From Podarcis filfolensis (lineage: Eukaryota): DNA of 64,000 nucleotides. The stretch lies in assembly GCA_964270895.1 (NCBI GenBank), contig OZ185436.1, one strand, 5' to 3'. The position numbers were made by a program, and so were the translations under genes. Numbering within the stretch: the stretch's first letter is position 1; the number at the start of each line of letters is the position of its first letter. The notes under the pieces were generated by a model, which worked only from the letters and a program-made list of their open reading frames with translations, was not told where the DNA came from and made no database searches. This document shows positions 12,509 through 22,991 of this stretch, one piece after another.

Positions 12509-15500
12509 AGTCTGTCATGACACATTGCTTAACCTTACAAACTTGCCTTCATGGCAATAAAGGTTAGAAACATACTTTAAACATAAAATCTGGTCTTCCC
12601 GGAAAGCTGAATTCAGTGCCAATTAACAAATTTCACCCTTGTACAAGGTGATCATTTGCAGCTTTTTTGTGGGCATTTAGTTAATGTCAGCTTGCTGTTG
12701 ACCTAATCACGCTGAAATTTTGTAGTTCCTTAGAAAATCCTGTTTTTAATTAGCAGATTTTGGGGAAGAGTAAACCGGGAGGAGGGGGGGGGGGGAGCTT
12801 GGCTTCATCTTGGCAATCTCCCCTGTTGCTGCCATATTGGCAGCTGCAAAGTTGTTCTACCTGGGCTTGTTTTAGCTCAATCACACTTCCTTGATGGAGC
12901 CACCAACTGGGACACGTGCATTCAAAGAAGGGACAAAGTACATTCCCACTCAACCCGTGTTTCACGGGCTGCTTCATTTCCTGTGTGGATTCAGCCACCC
13001 ACCTGCCTACCCAGTTTCACTTCCTTTTCTCTTCTAACTTGTGGCCACCACTTCTGAATGTAAACTTGACAGTCTTAATGTAATTTGTGTTTTTAATAAT
13101 GGGCCTGCACATAGATAAGTAGAAAGGCTTATCTGTGTGCCTTGTCAAAGATTCAAAAGGCCTTTAGCTCAAGGTAATATGTAGTTCAGTTGGCTGAGTC
13201 CCAGATGGAATATTTTGGGGCTACTGCCTTAGAATATGGATAATACCAAAGGGAAGGATCCAGACAAGCACCACACAGGTGGCAAAAGGGTCCATTCAAA
13301 CCCAAAACTTTAGTATAGGGCCTTTATGATGAAGACGTTAAGCAGTGGTCAACTGTATTGAGGCTAGAAGACTGACATTTCAGGCATTTTCTGTGATTGT
13401 CTGGCCTGTGGTGTCTCTTCTGACTAAATAGTTTAATGCTTACTGGTATTGATTTGCACCTGCCTTATGATGTATGGCAGGCAGGTGGAAGGTAAACAGC
13501 AGCCTACTCAGACCAGGGTCCCTGTTTCTGACAGAGCACTCAGTGCTTGGTGACTGATGGGCTTCTTACAAAGAACGCTTGGCCTTGATCTGACCTGATG
13601 TGAAGCAAGAGAACAGATCCAGGAACACAGCTTAGTTGCTAGCTGTTAACCTTAACTGTTAATGGCTGCCGATCCTGCACTCTGGCTCGGTACATTTAAA
13701 ACACACCGACAGGGTTGGCAGCCGACAGGGGCTCCCGGTAACGTGAAGGAGATCCACAAGAGGCTGAAGCTCAGCCCACTTCTTAAGTTTTAGCTGCTGG
13801 TTTGGGCTCTGACAAGAAGGCTGGCTTAGTGTAAGCAATAATAAAAGCTTTCAGGCTTATCTCTTAACGCCTTGATATGGTGGGGAATACCCTCTCAGCT
13901 GTGTTTGAAGTGACAGTGAGATACTTTTAAAGGCTCCCCAGTAAGGAGAAATGGAGTTGTTCCTCAGTACAGAGTTACTCAGAAATGTCTAATCCCAAAT
14001 AGGTCCTGTTAACATTTGGGGAAGCTCTGATGACACTTTGAAAGGCCGTTCTATGAACGGTGCTTACAGAGATTCCCAAGTTAAATAGGGTGCACACTAG
14101 CCAAAAGTGGGCAACAACAGGCCTCTCTACCTGGCCCTTGGTTGCACCCTCCCTGCCTAGGCCACGCCCCATGCTGCCCTGTTCTGCAGCCTCCTCAAGT
14201 GTGTTTACCTGGGTGGAATGTGGAATACCTCTTGCTGCATGTGTGCCTGTCTAGAATGCAGCCTAAGTGTACAAAGGCAAGATTCAGATCACCTCATCCC
14301 CACAGCTTGTGATCTGCTGCAGTATACATGCAGGAGGAATTCTCCCTCTGGAGTGATTGTGATTTCCTGAAACGGGGTTCTGGGATCAGTCCATTTATGA
14401 AATATCCTGGGAATAAGTACTTACTTGCCTTGAATTATGATGGCCTAGCTACTGGCAGACCTCAGAACTAACAAGCAATGAACTAAGCAGGCAGGAGGAG
14501 GGTGGAGATGTAGCTGATGCCTTTACCTGATGCAAGTGTCAAAGTTCAGTTTTAGCTCAGGGCAACCTGCTTCACGCTTAGTGGTCCCTAAGCTGCATTG
14601 GAAACAGCTTTGCTATGAATGGGAGCTTATTGGTTGGCATCTATTACCTGGGGGTAGGGGTTAAGCCAAGGCAGAGAAGGAGGAATCAGCACACATCTTG
14701 GCAGTGGCGTGTGATGCGCCATGTGGAGAGCAGTCCCTTGAGGGGTGAAGCTGTGACATGTGTGGGCAGGAGGCTTCTGTGATGGTTTGTGGGTGAGCAG
14801 AGGAGTGCTGTTGGGCTAGCAGTGCCATCAGGAGGAGAAGTGAGGTAGTGCTCTGGTACTTGTGCTTTGCTGTCTTCTCTTGGCCTCTCCTGGTGCTTTT
14901 GTGCCCTGCTGTTTCGTGAGTCCTCCCTTTCACTGCCACAGCAGCAGCAGCAGGTCTGGAATTTGGGTTCACTCCATCCCTGGCAGTTTATTGCCTCAGT
15001 CGGAAATGGCCAGGGTGATGGCGGCCCACAGCTTTGGTTGCAACCTGTGCAAGGAGCATGCCTGAATGCCGTAAGCCCAGTCTGATCTGTGAGTGTTCAG
15101 TGCATGAATGAGAGTGGGCGCATGTGATGGTGAGTGTGTGGGTGGTACTGTGGCTGCATGAAAGGGGGCACATGCCCACTTGGTAGTCACAGGCTTAGAT
15201 TGCTGGACAGGGGTCGGAGGCTGTACAATACACCCAATTTAACCAAAAGCTTTCCTCCCCTCTACTTTGCAGTTGCAACAGGTGGGAAGCCAAGCCAAGC
15301 CGCAGGCTTTTGTGTTCAAGGGGAGGGCAGTGTTTGCAGTCGGGGTCTAAGCTCTACACCCCTTCATTGGACCACCAGTGGCTTCTGCTCATTAGCTGGG
15401 GAAGGGCTTAGAGCAGGCAGGGTGGGTTCTGCAAAATAGCACTTGTCTCTCCTCCAATCAATGGCATTGTCTGTCTGTTTGCAGGGAGCGAGCTCCTGTC

Positions 15501-16171
15501 GGAAGTGCTGTTGGCCCTGCAAAGCCCTGAGCCAGCAATGGGAAGAAGTTGGGCTGGGTGCTGGTGTTACTGGTCGTGTTACCCCAAGTATCCAAGAACT
15601 CAGGAGTTTGAAGAAGAGAGCACAGGCCGTGCCCATGAGCCTTCCCAGCACTCTCCTTTCCTCCCTTGGGCTCCTTTAGGAGCCAGAACTCCCCCCTCTC
15701 CGTGAAAGGCCCAAGCCTGCGCCCCAGTCTCCGGCCAACCTCTTCCATGGCTGCAGTTGTGGAGCACCTCCAGGAGGCCGCGTAACTCACAAGGGGCTGA
15801 GCTGCTGCAGACCCTGCTTCCACTGCCTTGACTGAAGCAGGGCCTTGTTGGTGGTGGCCCCTGGATTGTACTGCAGCTGAAAGAGAGCACCCTACACAAT
15901 CTTTGGGGGAAAAGCGAAACTGGACGTACAAGGAGAGCAGAGGGGAAGCTTGTGATCCCATCAACATGACTGGGCAGCAAGGGAGGAAACAGAGCAGGCA
16001 AAGGAACCCGCAGAACTAAGCCTAGTCCCTGCCTCTTTGCAGAAGACCCAAAAGTGGGGGAAAGAGAGAAAGAGTCTCCTGCCCACCCCCCACCCCCAAA
16101 GCTGGAACTGAATAAACTCCTTGGCTTCAAAGCTCGTAGGGCGAAACCTCTGCCAGTCCTCCGGAGCGAAG

Positions 16172-16502
16172 ATGGTGATGTCCCACGGCACCTACACCTT
16201 CCTCACCTGCTTTGCCGGCTTCTGGCTGATCTGGGGGCTCATTGTGTTGCTATGTTGCTTCTGCAGCTACCTGCGGCGGCGCATGAAGCGGCGGCAGGAG
16301 GAGCGGCTGCGAGAGCAGCACCTGCGCACCCTGGAGATGGAGCCCCTCCACTACGAGGGCTATGGGGGCCCTGCCTACGGGGGCTCCGGCTATGGGGGCG
16401 GGTACATCAGGAACCCACCGGGCATCGCGGTACCTCACCGACTCCGGATCGAGCCCCATCGCCCTCACCTCCCACCCCCGAGGCCGTGGAGCTGCAGGCA
16501 TG
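16172..16502 (+). CDS. PRR7: Proline-rich protein 7, coding exon 1 (N-terminal TM helix and Cys cluster)
   Basis: [49 protein letters not shown] matches the PRR7 N-terminus; acceptor ctctttgcag at 16042; donor CATG|GTAAGG; 331 nt, phase 1. Confidence 0.97.
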
Positions 16503-16649
16503 GTAAGGGCACCCGAAGGGGACTGAGCCCACTCCTGGTGCAGAATACGGTCGCGTTTGGGAGGAGCGCTGCTTCTGCAGGTGGGTAGCTGGCTGGCGAG
16601 AACAGGAAGTCAGGCCGTTGTTTCATCTAGCATAGGACGGGCTGCACTG

Positions 16650-16770
16650 GCTGGCAGGGGCTCCCCAGGGTTTCACGCAGGAGTCTCCCCGCCCTCTCTG
16701 GAGATGCTGGGGATTGAACCTGCAACCTTCTGCATGCAAGGCAGATGCCCCACCACTGAGCTTACAGCTA
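16650..16770 (-). mobile_element. tRNA-derived SINE (Squam2-like), 5' part
   Basis: ctggagatgctggggattgaacctgcaaccttctgcatgcaaggcagatgccccaccactgagct = reverse A/B boxes. Confidence 0.7.
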
Positions 16771-16904
16771 AGGGAGCCAAAGCTGCCTCCAGCAGGCTTA
16801 AGGGTTCAGCCTTCAGACCAAACTGCTATTCACCCAGAGCTTGCAAAGTTTCAGCTTAATGGCAGCTTCGAACAAAATATGAAGGAATGAAAGAAAACAT
16901 TGCT

Positions 16905-17130
16905 TTGGGCTGCCTTCTAAAGTCTTCTAAAAGTCAGATAGTTGTTTATTTCCTTGACATCTGACACGAGAGTGTTCCACAGGGTGGGTGCCACTGCAGA
17001 AAGGGCCCTCTGCCTGGTTCCCTGTAAATTCGCATCTTGCAGTGAGGAAACCACCAGAAGGCCCTCAGAGCTGGACCTGTGTCTGAATGATGGGGGTGGA
17101 GAAGCTCTTTCAGATATGCAGGGCTGAAGT
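16905..17130 (-). mobile_element. L2-type LINE 3' fragment
   Basis: Reverse complement of the ORF2 C-terminal block seen at 28.1 and 32.5 kb (gaaccaggcagagggcc...cttttagaagac). Confidence 0.75.
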
Positions 17131-17440
17131 GGGCAGGATCTCAGGAGGCTTATTTAAGAGGAAGTTGGGATCAGAATGCCCATCCCGTGTATCCAGAGTC
17201 TTGCACCATCCCTGATCCCATTTGCTTGCCTGGGAAGTGTAGGTCTGTGGTTGTAGCCAGCTCTTGGGTTGTGATAATAGAGCTTAGGGTGTTTGGGTCT
17301 CTGTCTCTCCCCAAACCTTGCTCGGGACAGGTGAGCTTGTATTTTGTATGCCTGGGGGGAAGAGAGCAGGCAATGGTGGGATGGCACGCTTAACTGTATC
17401 AGTTCCTTGCACTCGGTCACTCTGATTGCTTTGCTTGCAG

Positions 17441-17829
17441 AACCAGATCCATCCAAGCCACCTTGCTACGAGGAAGCAGTGCTGATGGCCGAGCCGCCGC
17501 CGCCTTACAGCGAAGTGCTGACGGACACGCGCGGCTTGTACCGCAAGATCACCACCCCCTTCCTGAGCCACGAGCAGCCGGAGAAGCAGGAGCAGCCGCC
17601 CAGCTACAAGCCCCTCTTCCTGGACCGGGGCTACAGCTCAGCGCTCCACCTGCCCAGCACAGCAAGCCGGGGCCCCACCTGCACCAACCTCTACTTGGAG
17701 GCTGAGCACTCGCAGCGCATCTTCCCCAGCTGGACAGACTCAGAATTCAGCGCCAGAGACAGCTATGAGCCGGGGCCCTGGCACCTGCCGGTCTCAATGC
17801 CTTTGTTTGGCAGGACTACTGCAGTTTAG
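17441..17829 (+). CDS. PRR7: Proline-rich protein 7, last coding exon
   Basis: Acceptor ttgcttgcag|AA; [37 protein letters not shown]...PLFGRTTAV*, with PPxY motif and C-terminal PDZ ligand TTAV; total CDS 720 nt = 239 aa. Confidence 0.97.
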
Positions 17830-18160
17830 CACGCCATGCCGCGCCCTGGGTGGGACTGTGGCTGCTGCTGCTGCACACAAGCTGGAGGATCCCGGCAGCC
17901 TGTTTGTTCCCTTGGTCTGCGGGAGCCACCAAGCCTCTCAGTTCGAGCCTTCCAGCCATGTCTGGGCCATGAGCCCTCGCAGTGCAAAGATCTCCCCCCC
18001 CCCAGTTGCTCTTTGACCTCCTGGCCAGGGTGAGATTGGGGCTGGTCTCCCCATCTCGCCCACTTCCCTTTTTCTGGGCCCACTACAGGCTCTGTTGGTG
18101 CTGACTGCAAGGGGGCCTTTGGGTTTGTTTCCTATTTTTTGTTTGTTACATTTTGAAAAT

Positions 18161-18166
18161 AATAAA
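18161..18166 (+). terminator. PRR7: PRR7 polyadenylation signal
   Basis: AATAAA ~330 nt after the stop, followed by GU-rich sequence. Confidence 0.6.
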
Positions 18167-18696
18167 AGTTTGTGGAACCTGATTTATTACAAACCTGGTG
18201 CTGGGTGGTTGATGAGTCGGTGCTGCGAAAGTGGTGGGTGTGCTGTGCTTTTAAAGAGTCCCATGTGCACTGTGGCAGGAAGTGAAGCAACCCCATTCCT
18301 AAATAATCCCACAGAATTAGGAGGATGGAGGCCTAGGCATGTTCCAGAAACACATTCCTTTGTTGGCAGCGACATCTAGTGGTGAGTTCTCCTGCTCAGG
18401 GTATGACTTCATGCAGGGCCCACTACAGACCACACAATGCCACGTTCAAAGTGTTCCAATTGCTTAAAATAATAATTCCCCTCAGCTTTCATACCCCTAC
18501 CCCATCAAAGTACATTTTTGGCCCTTAAAAGCAGCTACTGAAAAAACTCTGAATAAAAGACCAGCTGTTTTGTGCCTGTGGAATATGCCCACCCGACCAC
18601 CCGGTGGTCTTGCGTTGCCTCATTAATTCTGCCACACCTTTGAAAGCAAAAAAAGGCACCCTGTACTACAAAGCCAGCTGCCCTGCTTGGAATCAA

Positions 18697-18706
18697 TTTA
18701 TTTATT
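18697..18706 (-). terminator. DBN1: DBN1 distal polyadenylation signal (overlapping AATAAATAAA)
   Basis: tttatttatt on + strand, ~890 nt past the DBN1 stop. Confidence 0.6.
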
Positions 18707-19593
18707 AACATACATAAGCACATTGCTGTTACAGAATTTGTGCTTTCAAAAAAACAATTACTGTACGTGAGAGAAAGGAAACCAAGCATGGAATGAAAGA
18801 GGAAAGAGGGTAGGGAAAGAGGAAAGGGTTTTTTTGGAAGGGGGAAGAGCCCACCCAGAGTCTCCCCTTGTCCCAGGCTCTCAGGGCAAATAAAGGCCTA
18901 AGGAGAAGGGTCTGAAATGGGCTTATTTCTGAAACAAGAGGGGCATTTGGGCACAGAACTCTGGAGGGGGGAAAGTTCCTTGCTGCTAGAGCCCAGAGAT
19001 GGACGGGGCTCTCCTTTGCTTCCCTGGGTGCCTCAGGTGTGTGTTGGGGGGACCAAACAGAGAAGTGGGGGGATGGGAGCCAGAGCATTGCCCACACAAG
19101 GGCCATTTTATTGCCATATTTTATTTTAAATTCGTGCAAAATACTCAAAACTCTGGGCAGAGTCTGAGAGGAGGAAGCGACCCTCCCCACCCACCCCCAA
19201 GAGCAGCACTCACAGGAGATCAACCCAGATGGTATACATGGCATTTGGGGGGGGGTGTCAGAAAAAACCCAATGGGCAGAGGCAATTGGGAGGGGGAAGG
19301 ATCTGCAGGGAAGCTACCAACAAAGAGGGGGACCAGGCAGATTTACACGTTTCCTATTTGACAACATTAGAAAAACAGGGAGAGAAGAGAGAGAGAAAGA
19401 GAAAGAGCTGGAAAAAGTTACCCCGGAGTACCATGGAGAATATCCTGTCTGGCTGGGGCATAATCTTAGGCCCTGGACCGCAGGGCTACAATACGGAGCA
19501 AGCAGGCACCAGGCCCTCACTGCGGCTGCTCCAGGCTTGCACTCGCTGGGCTCGCTGGGTGCAGGATACAGGAGTTGGGCAGGGGAGCTGGCC

Positions 19594-19664
19594 TTAAACG
19601 CTGCCCCCAAAGTTCTCCTCGTCTTCTGGCACTGGGTCCGCATCCCAACAGGTGATATCAATCT
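19594..19664 (-). CDS. DBN1: Drebrin, exon 15 (last coding exon)
   Basis: cag|AG ATT GAT...; EIDITCWDADPVPEDEENFGGSV*, the conserved drebrin C-terminus; TAA at 19596-19594. Confidence 0.97.
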
Positions 19665-19835
19665 CTGAGGGGGGAATCAAATGCATGACCTGTGAGGGAG
19701 GGTGGTTGGCTCTTTCCCCCCTTTGAAAAGGGGTGGTCCCCAAAGCCCGCTCTTCTAGGGGTCCCCAGAAGAGGAAGCGCAAAGGTGGATCTTCCCATCT
19801 TCCCTCTCACCTGCCCATCCATCCCTGATCCTCAC

Positions 19836-19938
19836 CTGGGGGCTTATTGTAGAACACTGGAGGAGGAGCTTTAGCAGATGGTTCTTCTGATTGGTTAAAG
19901 TCTTCATCTTGTGATTGGCTGAAATAACCCTCGCTGGT
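19836..19938 (-). CDS. DBN1: Drebrin, exon 14
   Basis: ttccag|ACC; TSEGYFSQSQDEDFNQSEEPSAKAPPPVFYNKPP, with Homer-type PPxxF; donor G|GTGAGG; 103 nt. Confidence 0.95.
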
Positions 19939-20264
19939 CTGGAAGAGAAAAGCAAAACGTGGCATGTGCTGTGCTTTGGAAGGTGTCCCTATTCTTTCCC
20001 TTCCCAGTTAACCCAGAGCAACAATCACGTTCTGGTTTTGTACTCTCAGACCACGAAGGCCTGAGGAGTAAAATGCTCAAGCTACCCATGAGCTAGCACG
20101 TGTGAAAGGGTCCAAAAGTTTGTGGAACATGCATGGTCTAAAGACTGCAGCAAGGTGCACATATTAAGTTGTTCATCATCATTCTTCAACATTAATAAAT
20201 AAAGGAATATTTTGTCTGTGTGTGTATAAATAAGACATGAAAGAAGATGTGTCCTGCATAGGGA

Positions 20265-20397
20265 AATTTTAAATGTTTGATGTTTTATGTTTTACTGTGC
20301 TTGGTGTTTTAATTTGTTGCAAGCCACCCAGGGTGGCTGGGGCAACCCAGTCAGTTGGGCAGCACATAAATAACTAAATTATTATTATTATTATTAC
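20265..20397 (+). mobile_element. L2-type LINE 3' UTR with (ATT)n tail
   Basis: aagccacccagggtggctggggcaacccagtcagttgggc...taaata + (att)n; same terminus as the 28.4-kb copy. Confidence 0.7.
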
Positions 20398-20557
20398 TTC
20401 TCCAGTGGCAGGGCCCAAAGGAGACACACTTTAAATGAACACGAAGCAGCAAGCTGTGGTACCTCATGATCCTATTTTGATCTGCAAGGCAGGGCCAGGA
20501 GCTTTCAGAAGTGCTCCCCAGGCCCTGCTGCCAGCCTGAGCGCCCCCCCCTCCTCAC

Positions 20558-21300
20558 CTGCGTGCTTTCCTTTTGGGCAGTCTCCCCGTTGGTGAGCAGC
20601 TGGGGCTCTTGGTGCACCCCGGAAGCTTCCTGCAGGGCGTGCTGGTAGCTGAGGGTCATCTGGTGCAGCCCCTCAATGGCAATGATGCTGGCTGGCTCTT
20701 CATCCTGCTCAGCATCGCAGAAGGTGGCCGGGGGCTCGGGCAGGTCGTTGAAGTTCAACAGGTTGTCTTCCAGGAGGCTGGCGGAGGGTGGGGGCTCCAC
20801 TGCCCCTGGGGGGGCACCCACCTCGACCAGCATGGGGGCGGCGGCGGGCGGCCCGTCGTGAAGGTCCCACGGGGCTGGGGTGGGGGGCCCGCCCTGGAGC
20901 TCCCAGGCGTCGGGAGGGGTGGGCTCGGCAGCGGCGCTGTCGTTCTGCCACAGGTCGAGGATGTTCTCTGACGGTGGGGCGGGGGGCTGGGAGAACCCAA
21001 AGGCCTCGCCCAGATCCAGGGCGCCTTCGCTCTGCATGGGCAGAGGGGCTGCTGGGAACAGAGGCTCTTCTTTGGGAGGCGGGGCATCTGGGAACAGAGG
21101 CTCGTCTTTGGGCTCTGGAAACACCAGGTCTTCCGTGGGGCCAGCCCCGCCTTGCTGCGGCTCTGCCCAGTCCGCTGCCTGCCAGGCTGTGGCCCCCACA
21201 GGGGGTTCCTCGGCCTTCTCCATCGGAGGCTCCACGCTGGCAGGGGCCCAGCTCATTGCAGATGCCACTGCTGTCTCGTCACTGCTGGGGCTGGAGGAGT
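20558..21300 (-). CDS. DBN1: Drebrin, exon 13 (acidic/proline-rich region)
   Basis: ctgcag|AC; DSSSPSS...ILDLWQ...LLNFNDLPEPPATFCDAE...LLTNGETAQKESTQ; donor CAG|GTGAGG; 743 nt keeps frame. Confidence 0.93.
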
Positions 21301-21416
21301 CTGCAGCAGGGAGGAAGCGAGAGAGGAGGTTCCTCAGCAGACCTGGAGGGAGGGAGCCCGCAGCCCGAGGACCCAGGAGGGGGGCAAGCCTATAGGGGCG
21401 AGGGGGCTGCACGTAC

Positions 21417-21551
21417 CTTTCAATGCACCCTGCTGCGTTACCTCATCCAGGGCCCGCTCAATCTGCTCCCCAACAGGCGTCGAGGCTGTGCTGGAGTCGC
21501 AGGGGCTACTGGCGGAGGCAGAGACCTTTCTGTGCGTTTCCGACTGGCTGC
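21417..21551 (-). CDS. DBN1: Drebrin, exon 12
   Basis: ttcacag|GC; SQSETHRKVSASASSPCDSSTASTPVGEQIERALDEVTQQGALK; donor AAAG|GTACGT; 135 nt, phase 1-1. Confidence 0.9.
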
Positions 21552-21989
21552 CTGTGAAGGAGCCACATGGGCACTCAGGTGGGGAGCCCACAAGTCAAAG
21601 GCCACGACACCCCCCTAGCCACAGGGCCCGCCAGTTGCGCTCCCAAGCACGCAGGACAGCTTCGTTTGAACAACAGCGACGGCAACAAGGCACCAAGATC
21701 CGACTCCTCCTGAAATGTGCCATTTCCCCAACTTACCCAGTCGACAAAATTAACCGGTTGCCCTTAAGCGACCCTAACCCTACAGCAAGTTATATGGCAT
21801 AAAGGTTTCGCTTTGCTTTTTGCAGACAAATGTGCTGGAAACTGAAGGAGTGAAGAAGGAAAAAATGCCCTCTTTGGCGGTGGGTGGAGGCAGAACTCTT
21901 TGTGTCATGTACAACCATGGGGGCCCTGAAGTTCTCTATGTCAAATGGCACTTAAAACTGGGAACGAGGAAACCGTGGCTCTCCCAGCT

Positions 21990-22075
21990 CCCATGGTCCA
22001 CAGCCATCATGGCCAATGGTCAGGGATGATGGGAGTTGTAATCCAGCAACACTGGGAGGCCGGTTTCACCACCCC
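21990..22075. mobile_element. Palindromic hAT-type MITE, partial
   Basis: ggtcagggatgatgggagttgtaatccagcaac core shared with other copies. Confidence 0.55.
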
Positions 22076-22991
22076 CTCCTTTATAGACTAGGAGGTATCC
22101 TCCCCTTTTTACTTTTATCTTTGGAAGCAGAGTCTACAGGAAAAAATAACGCCCCTCCCCACTGCAAACATCAGGCGAAGGGACAACTTTAGAAGGTCAT
22201 CTCTGTCCCAGACTTAGTACTCCCATCACAAACCCAGTTCGCCCAGTATATCCATCCTACACCCTGGTTCAGGGACATCCCCTGTTCTGCAGTGCAACTG
22301 CCCCCTGCAGCATGGTGTGTGTGTGCGCGCCTGTGTGCATACTGTTTGTCTCTCTGTGTGTGTATATGTGTGTGTGGTTCATCTTCTGTTTGCATAGATT
22401 TTGGCTCCCCCTTTTCTAATCTGGGGAAACGGATGCTCTGTTCTACAGTCACAATCGGCCTAACTGGTTTTCATTTGAGGCTCTCTGTTCACTGCCTCCA
22501 CCCTGCCTATAGGGCATCAATACACTGGCCTGCAAATCCATGCTTGGATTTACGGTGTAGCTATTGATGTTGAGAAGTCCCTGTTGCGGCCTACCTAACT
22601 GAAGCTGTTTTTTAAAAGGTGAACTGGACGGGGGGCATAGATGTGGGGTGCCAAAGGGGAAGTTTCCGTCTTATATACAAAGCCAGCCCTCCCGAGGGTG
22701 GTAGCTGCCGAAGCATAACGCTAGGCCCCTCTCCGCTCTTCTGGGGCTACACTCCTGCCATGCAGTGAACACGAGAGAGAGCAGGCTGTGCCCTGAGTCT
22801 TCCCTGGTCCAGTCTGCGGGGCCAGTGTTTCTCGGACACTCATGGACTCTTAGTCCTTCCTTCCAGAGATGCCTGCGGAGTGAGATTGGGCGTGGCCAAA
22901 GATACAAGGTGCGGGGCGGGTGGGCAAGGCCCCCGAAGCAGCTGCCTCCCCAACCGACTCCCCAAAGCCCGGCCAGGGCCTGGCTACCTAC

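Noticed and set aside
21436-21442. Alternative donor GAG|GTAACG inside exon 12
   Set aside because: Phase 0 is incompatible with the phase-1 acceptor at 21300; the 21417 donor gives the homologous ...LK/DSS junction
20573-21802. Long + strand ORFs (276, 216, 171 aa)
   Set aside because: Antisense shadows of GC-rich DBN1 exons 12-13
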